A stretch of DNA of 32,000 bases from Pyrodictium delaneyi (GCF_001412615.1 NZ_CP013011.1:1740001-1772000); one strand, 5' to 3'. Shown: positions 1 through 8,364, counted from the stretch's first letter. Translations and numbers: made by a program. Notes: generated by a model from the sequence alone, not told the origin.

Positions 1-1
1 A

Positions 2-607
2 AACGTGACCATATGGAGTAGCGCTCTACCGATCAAGACAACAGTCAAACTAATAGAGACCGGCGAGAACACCGGCGTATTCAGCAACGTGATACGCATA
101 ACCGACAACCCCGAAGAGATAGGCCAGCCCAACACAGTCTACGCGCCAGCTGGCAGCACAGTCTATGTACAGTACGTAGACAAGCTAGCCGCTAACGGCG
201 AGACCGATGTACCAGTAGAGGGCAGCTTCAAGGTAGTAGAGAGCGCTGTAGCAGGCAGGCCTGCAGTACCACAGCCAGAGAAGAGCGAGCTACTAGACCC
301 GGCAACACTACAGCCAGTAACAACAGCTAAGGCTGGCAAGCAGGTACTAGTAGTAGTGCCCGTAGAGAACAAGGCCAGCACCGACGTGCAGGTCTACGCC
401 GTAGTGACAATATACAAGGACGGTGTACCAGTAAAGTTCAGCTTCAGCGTCAACGTGCTAAAGGCCAACAGCGTAACAGACCTACCAGTAACACTACCAG
501 CTCTAGAACCTGGCACCTACACAGTAAAGATAGTGCTAGTAGACAGCCTCAAGGACCTCAACCCTGTAAGCGAGGAGCCAATAGAGCTAACAATAACCGT
601 CGAGTAA
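2..607 (+). CDS. C-terminal part of a secreted beta-rich cell-surface protein (5' end outside window); candidate outer S-layer (SlaA-like) component
   Basis: The frame is open from the window edge to TAA at 605-607. Composition is Thr/Val/Pro-rich and all-beta, with the motif 'ETGENTGVF'. The last ~90 aa look like a CARDB/Ig-like module (KQVLVVVPVENKASTDVQVYAVV...GTYTVKIVLVD). There is no C-terminal TM anchor. A strong GTA/CTA/ACA/CCA codon bias is shared with the next gene. Confidence 0.75.
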   Translation, partial: NVTIWSSALPIKTTVKLIETGENTGVFSNVIRITDNPEEIGQPNTVYAPAGSTVYVQYVDKLAANGETDVPVEGSFKVVESAVAGRPAVPQPEKSELLDPATLQPVTTAKAGKQVLVVVPVENKASTDVQVYAVVTIYKDGVPVKFSFSVNVLKANSVTDLPVTLPALEPGTYTVKIVLVDSLKDLNPVSEEPIELTITVE

Positions 608-660
608 CCAGTATAGCTTGATATACTCCGGGGCTGAGAGGGCTTTGACCCCCACACCCC

Positions 661-665
661 TTTTT
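661..665 (+). terminator. oligo-T tract downstream of the surface-protein gene (archaeal-type terminator candidate)
   Basis: TTTTT lies 54 nt after the stop at 607 and is preceded by a GC-rich segment (ggggctgagagggctttgaccccc). Confidence 0.35.
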
Positions 666-742
666 ATTATGATGACCATACCTGATTTTTGCCATGTACA
701 CTGCTGTTGTGTTTCGCTCACAGCCCTAAACCTCTTATAAGC

Positions 743-752
743 CCTATATAAT
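743..752 (+). promoter_or_regulatory. TATA-like box for the 796..2127 gene
   Basis: 'cctatataat' lies ~45-50 nt upstream of ATG 796. AAGGAG (773-778) and GGTG (785-788) Shine-Dalgarno-like elements sit between them. Confidence 0.4.
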
Positions 753-795
753 GAGGGCAATATATGGTTGAGAAGGAGAAAATGGGTGGCATAAA

Positions 796-2127
796 ATGAG
801 GCGGTTTGCAAGCCTCGTAGCTGGGATACTGATACTAATAGTAGCTGCACAGGCAATGGTAGCATTTGCTGCACTTACAGCCTCGACGAATAAGAGCATC
901 TATGTACCTGGTGACGAACTCATAGTGAGCGGTTCTGCTGATCCAGGCGCAGTAATAGTGATAAAGCTAGAGAACCCGAACGGCGAGACAGTGGTCATTG
1001 ATCAACTAAAGGCCAGCAACGATGGCAGCTTCACCTGGAGTATCCGGTTCCCCAGCCAGCCCACCGACACGTTCCCTGCTGGCACCTACACTATACTCGT
1101 AAAGAACGCTGACACTGGCGAGACACAGCTGCTTCAGGTCGAGCTACAGGCTGGCGGTGAGATTGCTGGTAAGGTTGTAGATGAAAATGGCAACCCAGTA
1201 GCTGGTGCTGAGGTGTATGTATGCAGCGACGGTGAAGTAGTAGCTACAGCTACAACTGGCAGTGACGGTACTTTCGCTGTATACGTGGCACCGGGCACCT
1301 ATAACGTACGTGTAGAGAAGCCCAACTACCTCAAGACAGTGAAGCCTGATGTCACTGTTGAGCTTGGTCAGCGTGTAGACCTAGGTGAGATACAGATAGT
1401 AAGCATAGATGCTAAGTTCGCTGAACTAGAACAGGCTATAAGCGGTCTACAGGAAGCTGTTACTCAGATAGCTGACTTAGCCTCCCAGGTACAGCAGCTA
1501 CAGGAGGAACTAGGCAATAAGGCTGACCAGGCTGCTGTAGACCAGCTAGCTGACCAGGTAAGCCAGATAAACAAGGCAATAACGCAGCTAGCTGACCAGA
1601 TAAAGGCCATAGCAGAGCAACTTGACACCAAAGCTGACAAGACAGCAGTAGACCAGCTAGCGGAGCAGCTCAACGGCCTCAAGAGCCAGCTAGACGAGCT
1701 CCAGGCTCAGGTAAGCAGTATACAGAACCAGCTAGCTGATAAGGCTGACCAGGCTGCTGTAGACCAGCTAGCTGCTCAGATAAACCAGGTAGCCGGCAAG
1801 GTTGACCAGCTAGCAGCCAAGATGAGTGAACTAGAGACCGGGCTCAAGCAGCTCCAGGATAAGCTCAGCACGCTAGAGAGCCGTGTCAACACGCTAGAGG
1901 CAGCTACCCAGAGTATAGGCCAGCTCCAGGATGCCATAAACAAGCTGCAGCAGAGCGTCAACACGTTCCAGGAGACTGCGAGCCAGCTACAGACTCAGGT
2001 GAAGGATGCAGCTGACAAGGCGGGAAGTGCATCTAGTCTCGCTATGGTAGGCCTAGTAGCAGGCATAATAGGTATGATTATAGCCATTGTAGCAGCCATA
2101 CTAGTATACAGAAAGATAGCAGCCTAA
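796..2127 (+). CDS. Type-I membrane surface protein with signal peptide, beta-sandwich modules, long coiled coil and C-terminal TM anchor (SlaB-like stalk candidate)
   Basis: Signal peptide MRRFASLVAGILILIVAAQAMVAFA. Carboxypeptidase-regulatory-like module 'GKVVDENGNPVAGAEVYV...GTYNVRVEKPNY'. About 230 aa of Q/L/A/D-rich heptad-like sequence with three 'KAD(Q/K)(A/T)AVDQLA' repeats. C-terminal TM helix LAMVGLVAGIIGMIIAIVAAILVY followed by RKIAA. Confidence 0.85.
   Translation: MRRFASLVAGILILIVAAQAMVAFAALTASTNKSIYVPGDELIVSGSADPGAVIVIKLENPNGETVVIDQLKASNDGSFTWSIRFPSQPTDTFPAGTYTILVKNADTGETQLLQVELQAGGEIAGKVVDENGNPVAGAEVYVCSDGEVVATATTGSDGTFAVYVAPGTYNVRVEKPNYLKTVKPDVTVELGQRVDLGEIQIVSIDAKFAELEQAISGLQEAVTQIADLASQVQQLQEELGNKADQAAVDQLADQVSQINKAITQLADQIKAIAEQLDTKADKTAVDQLAEQLNGLKSQLDELQAQVSSIQNQLADKADQAAVDQLAAQINQVAGKVDQLAAKMSELETGLKQLQDKLSTLESRVNTLEAATQSIGQLQDAINKLQQSVNTFQETASQLQTQVKDAADKAGSASSLAMVGLVAGIIGMIIAIVAAILVYRKIAA
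1517..1552 (+). repeat. Intragenic direct repeat, copy 1 (36 nt, identical to 1739..1774)
   Basis: 'ataaggctgaccaggctgctgtagaccagctagctg' was read directly. It encodes (N)KADQAAVDQLA. Confidence 0.95.
1739..1774 (+). repeat. Intragenic direct repeat, copy 2 (36 nt, identical to 1517..1552); a diverged third copy lies at ~1630..1665
   Basis: The same 36-mer recurs 222 nt (74 codons) downstream. The intermediate copy 'aaagctgacaagacagcagtagaccagctagcgg' encodes KADKTAVDQLA. Confidence 0.95.
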
Positions 2128-2164
2128 AATTCTGGGCTACAAGCCTCTGCTTGAGACTCACATG

Positions 2165-2170
2165 TTTTTT
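2165..2170 (+). terminator. oligo-T terminator candidate after the stalk-protein gene
   Basis: TTTTTT lies 38 nt after the stop at 2127. Confidence 0.4.
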
Positions 2171-2350
2171 AACCTGACAGTAATTATTCTCAATTCCTAT
2201 ACGTCTTGGTTTCCGTAGTCATGCCCCTTAGCTGTCCCTGGTCTCTAGTCCTCGTTTACGAAGCTGACTCTTCTCCGTAGCTTGTTGTATGGCTCGCGGG
2301 CTTCTTTTTCTTCCATGCCGTAGCTCTATTATAGCGGAGCGTGGTAGCTC

Positions 2351-3790
2351 TTGGCGCTGATACGTCCACCTATTGGTGATGGGGTCGAGGTGTTCTTTCG
2401 GCCTCAGGGTATTGCTGTTATTGGAGCCTCTAGAGTACCAGGAAAAGTCGGATACATGGTTCTCTACAATCTCAAGTCAATGTATAAGGGGCCACTCTAC
2501 CCAGTTAATCCCCGTGCTCGTGAAGTGCTAGGCTTACCAGTATACCCAAGTATACTGGATGTGCCAGATCCGGTCGATCTCGCTGTTGTTGCTGTGCCGG
2601 CTCAAGCGGTACTCCGTGTAGTAGATGAAGCAGGCCGACGGGGAGTACGTGGTGTAATTGTGCTTAGCGCGGGGTTTAGAGAAGTAGGTGGTGAGGGTAT
2701 TACACTTGAAAAGAAGCTTATCGAGATTGTACGGAAACATGGAATGCGACTCATCGGGCCTAACTGTATAGGTGTATACTCTCCCTCTACTGGTGTCAAC
2801 GCGACGTTCTTCGACCCTAATAGACAAGGGCTACCTGGGCCCGGGCCAATAGCCTTTATAAGTCAGAGTGGAGCCCTTGGCGCGGCTGTACTGGATTGGG
2901 CTGAAGCACGGGGTATCGGTATAAGCAGGTTCGTGAGTGTAGGCAACAAGGCTGATGTTGACGAGGCGGATCTTCTAGCTTTTCTCCGTCGTGACTCCGA
3001 GACACGGAGTATAGCCATGTATATTGAGGGTGTATCTGAGGGCAGTAGGCTTCGACGAGCCCTCGAAGAGACGACTCCCGTGAAGCCCGTTGTTGTGCTC
3101 AAGGCGGGCCGCAGTGATGCGGGGGCCCGGGCGGCAGCCAGTCATACCGGTAGCCTAGCTGGTAGCTATCAGCTATACCAGGCAGTGTTTCGCCAAACGG
3201 GGGTAGTGCCTGCTAGGAGCCCTGAGGAGATGTTCGACTTTGCCCTCGCCCTAGCGTTGCAGCCACCCATGACTGGGGATCGTGTAGCAGTGATTACAGT
3301 TGGCGGTGGAAGCGGTGTCATGGCCAGCGATGAGCTTAGTGAATTGGGTCTCCACGTACCCGAATTTAGCCCAGAGACGCAAGCGAGGCTTCGCCGCGTC
3401 CTATTACCGATAGCCAGTCCTCGCAACCCTGTAGACGTGACCGGCTCGGCAGTTGATGAGCACATGGTTGAGAGCTTGCGCATAGTTCTTGAGAGCGGCG
3501 AAGTGGACGCCGTATTGCTTATCCCATACTTTAACCTCTCCGGGATAACTGACCAGCTTCCAGACAAGCTTGCCAAAGTTCTCCACGAGTACAGCGATAG
3601 ACGTATACCAGTAGTAGCGTCGGTAACTGGTGGCGCTAGGGCTTGGAGTATTGCAAGACGCCTCGAAAAAGTCGCTGGCATACCAGTATATCCTGGTGAG
3701 GCAAGAGCTGCTCGGGCTCTCTGGGCACTAAGGCTCTATGGTCGTTGGCTACAATACATAGGAGAAATACAAGAGATCAGCAAGGCGTGA
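2351..3790 (+). CDS. acdA: ADP-forming acetyl-/acyl-CoA synthetase, alpha subunit (CoA-binding + succinyl-CoA-ligase-like domains)
   Basis: N-terminal CoA-binding Rossmann motif 'IAVIGASRVPGKVGY' and phosphohistidine loop 'AASHTGSLAG'. Length is ~480 aa. No ATP-grasp beta subunit is present in the window. The start is TTG, with GTG 2390 as an alternative. A TATA-like 'tctattatag' sits at 2325-2334. Confidence 0.85.
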   Translation: MALIRPPIGDGVEVFFRPQGIAVIGASRVPGKVGYMVLYNLKSMYKGPLYPVNPRAREVLGLPVYPSILDVPDPVDLAVVAVPAQAVLRVVDEAGRRGVRGVIVLSAGFREVGGEGITLEKKLIEIVRKHGMRLIGPNCIGVYSPSTGVNATFFDPNRQGLPGPGPIAFISQSGALGAAVLDWAEARGIGISRFVSVGNKADVDEADLLAFLRRDSETRSIAMYIEGVSEGSRLRRALEETTPVKPVVVLKAGRSDAGARAAASHTGSLAGSYQLYQAVFRQTGVVPARSPEEMFDFALALALQPPMTGDRVAVITVGGGSGVMASDELSELGLHVPEFSPETQARLRRVLLPIASPRNPVDVTGSAVDEHMVESLRIVLESGEVDAVLLIPYFNLSGITDQLPDKLAKVLHEYSDRRIPVVASVTGGARAWSIARRLEKVAGIPVYPGEARAARALWALRLYGRWLQYIGEIQEISKA

Positions 3791-3881
3791 CCAGCGGATT
3801 TTTAAGTCGCGCTCTTCTAGTGATAAGTCTTAAGGGGGCTTCTTCTCCTCATTCCTAGCGGCTATATGGGGTTTCTACGAG

Positions 3882-4964
3882 TTGCCGCTGGTAGCAGCAA
3901 TAGCTAGTATCTTGAAAAAGCTTGTATACCGGGTTATCAGGCAGTTCCAGCGAAACATCATATTCGACATAGCTCTGATAGCAGTCCTCGTCTGGCTTAT
4001 AGCTGGGTTGTCATTCTCTCTCGTAGAAGGTGTCGATGTCTGGACTGGACTGTACTGGGCACTAGTAACAATGACCACCGTCGGTTACGGCGATATAGTG
4101 CCTTCAACGGATGCTGGTAGAGTAATAGCAATGCTCACTATAGCCTCCGGTATAGCAGTCTACACGGCGCTAGTCTCGGTAGCAGCTGGCACCATAGTAG
4201 AAGCTGCTGAAAGGCGACGGCAGGGCTACATAAGGTACCGTGGCGTCCGCCACGTAGTCGTGATAGGCTGGACTCCTGCGAGCGAGGCTGCGATAAGAGA
4301 GCTACGTGGACGCGGCTATAGCGGCGACATAGTGCTGGTAACAGAGAAGCCGGCGGCTGTGATGAGGGAGATAGACATCGAGGGCATAACCATAGTTCGT
4401 GGTGATCCGACACGCCGCGATACATTGCTACGCGCTAATATTCCCCGTGCTAACATGGTTATGGTGAGCACCAATGACGATGCTAAGACGGTGCTCGTGG
4501 TGCTCGCTGTAAGAGGGCTAAACGCCTCAGCGAGAATCGTGGCTGAGGCATTACACCCGGAGAACGTAGAGCTACTCCACAAAGCCGGCGCAGACATAGT
4601 GGTCCCGACACGCGACCTAGGCGGTAGGATGCTCGCGGCAAGCCTCCTAGAGCCGGGTGCGGCTATGTTCGTCGAGAACATATCGAGGAGCGAGGAGAGG
4701 CCCATAGAGCTCCACGAGATGCCGGCTGGCCCCTACGCCGGGAGACGCTACATAGACGTACTGCTAGAACTACGCCGTAAGGGCATGACCCCGGTGGCTA
4801 TAAGGCGGCAGGGCAGGCTGATACCCAACCCCGATGACGACATGGTAATAGAGCGCAACGATGTCCTAGTGGTAGTGGTACCTAGCATGCCGGCTGAAGA
4901 GCCGGGGCACAATCAGATGCAACAGATGCTACAGAGGGAGGAGCCTGGGGCTGAGAAGGCTTGA
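3882..4964 (+). CDS. MthK-like potassium channel (2-TM pore + RCK/TrkA-N + TrkA-C-like domain)
   Basis: Selectivity filter 'TTVGYGD' lies between two TM helices. The RCK start 'HVVVIGWTPASEAAIRELRGRG' resembles the MthK gating-ring N-terminus. No in-frame ATG precedes the pore, so the start must be TTG (3882 or 3912). Confidence 0.85.
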   Translation: MPLVAAIASILKKLVYRVIRQFQRNIIFDIALIAVLVWLIAGLSFSLVEGVDVWTGLYWALVTMTTVGYGDIVPSTDAGRVIAMLTIASGIAVYTALVSVAAGTIVEAAERRRQGYIRYRGVRHVVVIGWTPASEAAIRELRGRGYSGDIVLVTEKPAAVMREIDIEGITIVRGDPTRRDTLLRANIPRANMVMVSTNDDAKTVLVVLAVRGLNASARIVAEALHPENVELLHKAGADIVVPTRDLGGRMLAASLLEPGAAMFVENISRSEERPIELHEMPAGPYAGRRYIDVLLELRRKGMTPVAIRRQGRLIPNPDDDMVIERNDVLVVVVPSMPAEEPGHNQMQQMLQREEPGAEKA

Positions 4965-6421
4965 CCGCATACCATGATCTACGCAGCTTCATTGAGGCCC
5001 TAGAGGAGAGGGGCCAGCTCCGCCGTATCCGAGCCGAGCTAAGCCCAGTCCTCGAGATACCCGAAGTACTCCGCCGAGTAATGCAGCGCCGAGGCCCAGC
5101 GCTCCTCTTCGAGAACGTCAAGGGCTACCCCGGCTGGCGTGTCGCAGGCAACCTCTTTGGGTCCATCGAGAGGATAAAGCTAGCACTAGGGGTCGACAGA
5201 CTCGAGGATATCGGGGAGCGAATGGTCTCCCTAACAGCCCGTGCCCCTCCCCTTACCCTCGGCGAGAAACTCCGCAGTCTCCGCGATGTGCTAGACGTAG
5301 GCCGCTACACGCCTCGCCGGGTCCGGAGAGCAGCCTTCGAGGACACCGTCCTAGAGGGTGAGAAAGCAAGCCTAGAGAAGCTCCCAGTCTTCAAGACGTG
5401 GCCGAAGGACGGAGGCCGTTACATAACCTTTGGGCAAGTCTATACCGTGGATCCGGAGAAGGGCGTCACAAACATAGGCGTATACCGGGTGATGATACGG
5501 GGGCCCCGCGAGGCGGTGGTGCACTGGCAGCTCCACAAGCGGGGCCGTCATGCCTACCTAGCTGCAGCCGAGCGGGGGAAAGAAAAGCTGCCAGTAGCGA
5601 TAGTTATAGGAGCTGACCCTGCCTCAATGCTTACCGGTGTCATGCCCGTACCATACCCTATGGATAAGCTGCTCTTCGCAGGCTTTATGGCTGGTCGTGG
5701 TCTAGAGGTCTACCGGCTCCCATCGGGGATACACGTACCGGCTTCGGCCGAGATAGTGATAGAGGGCTATGTCGAGCCTGGCCGGGAGGCCGAGGAGGGG
5801 CCATTCGGCGACCACTGGGGCTACTACGACAAGCCCCTGCACCGGTTCCCGGTATTAACTGTGGAGCGTATCTGGATGCGCCGCGACCCGATATATGTTG
5901 GCACAGTGGTGGGCAAACCACCTATGGAGGACGCGGCTATAGGCAAGGCTGTGGAGCGTGTCTTCCTCCCCGTGCTCCGGATGCTCCTCCCCGAGATAGT
6001 GGATCTCAATATGCCCGAGTACGGCGTCTTCCAGGGCATGGCAATCGTCTCGATAAGGAAGCGCTACCCTGGCCACGCTAAGAAGGTGATGATGGCTCTC
6101 TGGGGCCTCGGCCAGATGGCGTTAACCAAGATAATAATAGTCGTTGACCATGATATAGACGTCCATGACATGAACCAGGTGATCTGGGCTGTCTCCGCTA
6201 ATGTTGACCCACAGCGTGACGTACTAGTGGTACCCAATACTCACACCGACCACCTCGACCCAGCAACACCGGTACCCAGCTACGGAAGCAAGCTAGGCAT
6301 AGACGCTACGCGGAAACTGCCAGAGGAGAACCAGGGCCGCCCCTGGCCCGAAGAAGTAGAGCCAGACCCCGAGGTGGCCAGGCGTATAGACGCGTTATGG
6401 TCTAGCCTGGGCATAGACTGA
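4961..6421 (+). CDS. ubiD: UbiD-family (prFMN-dependent) decarboxylase; candidate MqnL of the futalosine menaquinone route
   Basis: Family-typical N-terminus 'DLRSFIEALEERGQLRRI' begins at residue 6. Length is ~486 aa. The TTG start overlaps the channel stop codon (TTGA, 4961-4964). Confidence 0.85.
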   Translation: MTAYHDLRSFIEALEERGQLRRIRAELSPVLEIPEVLRRVMQRRGPALLFENVKGYPGWRVAGNLFGSIERIKLALGVDRLEDIGERMVSLTARAPPLTLGEKLRSLRDVLDVGRYTPRRVRRAAFEDTVLEGEKASLEKLPVFKTWPKDGGRYITFGQVYTVDPEKGVTNIGVYRVMIRGPREAVVHWQLHKRGRHAYLAAAERGKEKLPVAIVIGADPASMLTGVMPVPYPMDKLLFAGFMAGRGLEVYRLPSGIHVPASAEIVIEGYVEPGREAEEGPFGDHWGYYDKPLHRFPVLTVERIWMRRDPIYVGTVVGKPPMEDAAIGKAVERVFLPVLRMLLPEIVDLNMPEYGVFQGMAIVSIRKRYPGHAKKVMMALWGLGQMALTKIIIVVDHDIDVHDMNQVIWAVSANVDPQRDVLVVPNTHTDHLDPATPVPSYGSKLGIDATRKLPEENQGRPWPEEVEPDPEVARRIDALWSSLGID

Positions 6422-6533
6422 TAACACTGTAGCACATACATGTGCCCTGTATACAACGCTGATAACAAATGTTGAGCACTGAGCTCCTTAACGTGTGGCT
6501 CCAGAGTTCAGAGGGGTGTACGGGGCTGAGCTA

Positions 6534-7472
6534 ATGGTGCAGCGTAGTAGCGGCTGGGATCCAGGGAGGGTTTCGAGGGGCTCACGGCTACACGCAGTTA
6601 TGAGGCTTGTCAGGATAGAGCATACGCTGTTTAGCCTCCCATTCGCGTATGCGGGAGCAGTTCTTGCGTGCCTGGAGTGCATTGATGCCCGTGTAGTGGT
6701 GTTGATAGCGCTGGCTCTCCTCGGTCTCCGTACAGCCGCGATGGCGTACAACAATATCGCGGATCTTGACATAGATCGTGCTAACCCGCGGACCCGGAAC
6801 CGACCCCTCGTGACGGGGGCTGTGAGCCTCCGCGACGCCTGGGCAGCGGTCGTAGTTGGCTCTGTCTTGTACTTCGTCTCGGCGGCGCTGCTGAACAGGT
6901 ATGCGTTAATGCTAGCCCCGCTACTCTGGCTCATGGCTATGGCGTACCCCCATGCTAAAAGGCTACACTGGCTTCCACACCTTCACCTAGGCCTGGTGCT
7001 TGGCACAGTGGTTCTAGGCGGCGCAGTAGCAGCTTACGGTGCCCAGGCTTCCAGCTTAGCAGATGTGCTGGCTCGTGCACCCTGGCTTTACGTTGCAGCG
7101 GTATCCCTCTGGGTTGCAGGCTTTGACACGTTCTACGCCATCCTGGATATGGAGTTCGACCGGCGGATGAACCTAGGCAGTATCCCGGCACGCCTAGGCC
7201 TACGTGGTGCACTATGGGCTTCGAGGCTCATGCATGCTGCCAGTATAGTGCTGTTGCTGGCTTCAGTACCGGTCTACGGGCTAGGCCTTGTGGCACTGGC
7301 ATCGATGATACTAGCGTCTCTGCTGATACTATACCAGCATGTACTCTTAGCGAGACACGGACTAGAAGCTATACCCCGGGCCTTCAACATAAACCTTGCA
7401 GTAGGAATAATAGTTGGTGTAGGGATAATAGTAGATAGACTAGCTGCCTTTCCTCCGCTTACAAGCCTCTAG
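6534..7472 (+). CDS. ubiA: UbiA-family aromatic prenyltransferase; candidate MqnP
   Basis: Polytopic membrane protein with Asp-rich motifs 'NNIADLDIDR' and 'DTFYAILDMEFD'. The ORF track starts at GTG 6495. ATG 6534 (chosen here) or ATG 6600 are also possible. Confidence 0.8.
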   Translation: MVQRSSGWDPGRVSRGSRLHAVMRLVRIEHTLFSLPFAYAGAVLACLECIDARVVVLIALALLGLRTAAMAYNNIADLDIDRANPRTRNRPLVTGAVSLRDAWAAVVVGSVLYFVSAALLNRYALMLAPLLWLMAMAYPHAKRLHWLPHLHLGLVLGTVVLGGAVAAYGAQASSLADVLARAPWLYVAAVSLWVAGFDTFYAILDMEFDRRMNLGSIPARLGLRGALWASRLMHAASIVLLLASVPVYGLGLVALASMILASLLILYQHVLLARHGLEAIPRAFNINLAVGIIVGVGIIVDRLAAFPPLTSL

Positions 7473-7754
7473 TGCCCGGGTGGTAACCCGGTAGAACTTC
7501 ACCTCTCGTATCCTCTTCCGTTTAGATGCGTCACAGAGCCCGGCGAATGGACACCGGGAGCACGGGCCAACTTCACTCGTGTCGGAGACTCTCTCGACTA
7601 GCCGGTATGCCTCAAGCATGGCGAGTATCATCTCTATACGATGTCGTGGAAGACCCGTAACAGCCTTCAGATAGTCTACCGAGGCTACGCCCAGCTTAGC
7701 CAATGCTAGAACTATCCTGCAGATATCATCGCTTCTCGTGGACACGGTGGGCAC
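7440..7754 (-). CDS. Small winged-helix DNA-binding protein with a C-terminal Cys cluster (CSRCPFAGLC)
   Basis: wHTH-like 'ICRIVLALAKLGVASVDYLKAVTGLPRHRIEMILAMLEAYRLVERV', then C-x2-C-x5-C and a basic tail. The GTG start overlaps the upstream gene by 29 nt. The 3' end is convergent with, and overlaps, ubiA. Confidence 0.6.
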   Translation of the reverse strand: MPTVSTRSDDICRIVLALAKLGVASVDYLKAVTGLPRHRIEMILAMLEAYRLVERVSDTSEVGPCSRCPFAGLCDASKRKRIREVKFYRVTTRALEACKRRKGS

Positions 7755-8295
7755 CCATAGCCTCTAGCGGGGGAGACCCGGTGTAGCGGAGACTGAGACG
7801 GCGTAGAGCCGCCAAGACCCTGGAGACTAACTCGTCTATCTCCCTAGGCGCTACACCCTTCTCTGCAGCCACTCTCTTCACATGGCTCTCGACAAGCAAG
7901 TAGCGCTTGTACTGCTCGTTAAGCCTCCTCCACGGGATACCCCGTAGCGCCTCTGCCACCCTCTCCTCGAAGGGTAAGACGCCCTCCAGAATCAGCGCAG
8001 CTATAATCGGGTAGCCTACGTAGCCTCGGAAGCGAGTCCCATTATCATTGCTGTAAGCTAGCCCACGCTCAACGTCTATGTAGACTAAGTACTCACGGTC
8101 CCCCTCACTACTAACTACACGGTATATATTCTTGTTAAGCTTTTCTATACGTCCATCGGCGATAGCGCCTAGCGCCTCAAGCACCTTTACCCGTGGCGGG
8201 GGCTGGAGTACAGCGCCAGGCTTAGCCGTAGAATGCTCACCTCCTATCTCCTGGGTCTCGCCCTCGGCAACGTATATAGTGTAGCCCGGGGGCAA
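7726..8295 (-). CDS. Hypothetical protein; the N-terminal half resembles a SWIM-type beta-hairpin module that lacks the Cys/His ligands
   Basis: 189-aa ORF with normal composition. 'IYRVVSSEGDREYLVYIDVERGLAYSNDNGTRFRGYVGYPIIAALILEG' has the spacing of SWIM CxC...CxH, but the ligands are replaced. The C-terminal half is helical. The call is weak. Confidence 0.55.
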   Translation of the reverse strand: MPPGYTIYVAEGETQEIGGEHSTAKPGAVLQPPPRVKVLEALGAIADGRIEKLNKNIYRVVSSEGDREYLVYIDVERGLAYSNDNGTRFRGYVGYPIIAALILEGVLPFEERVAEALRGIPWRRLNEQYKRYLLVESHVKRVAAEKGVAPREIDELVSRVLAALRRLSLRYTGSPPLEAMGAHRVHEKR

Positions 8296-8312
8296 GAGAT
8301 ACAGTAAGGACA

Positions 8313-8353
8313 GGCAAGTATAGCCTATCCATAGTGTTAGATGATGTAGAGGG
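8313..8353. repeat. Intergenic composite motif A (GGCAAGTATAG ... CCATAGTGTTAG ATGATGTAGAGGG), shared with 9626..9662
   Basis: The exact 11-mer (8313-8323) and exact 12-mer (8329-8340) also occur at 9638-9648 and 9626-9637, in swapped order. Confidence 0.8.
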
Positions 8354-8364
8354 TTTAGATAGCC

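Noticed and set aside
669-685. AUGAUGA followed by CUGA (C/D-box-like words)
   Set aside because: The two boxes are only 6 nt apart, which is incompatible with a guide RNA. The segment sits in a terminator/promoter spacer.
3169-3681. 170-aa minus-strand ORF. Similar antisense ORFs occur at 2534-2827, 2863-3102, 4316-4705, 6488-6934, 9138-9470, 12681-12965, 17708-18055, 24071-24517 and 26375-26668.
   Set aside because: All lie antisense to, or out of frame within, genes that have strong family motifs. None carries a motif of its own.
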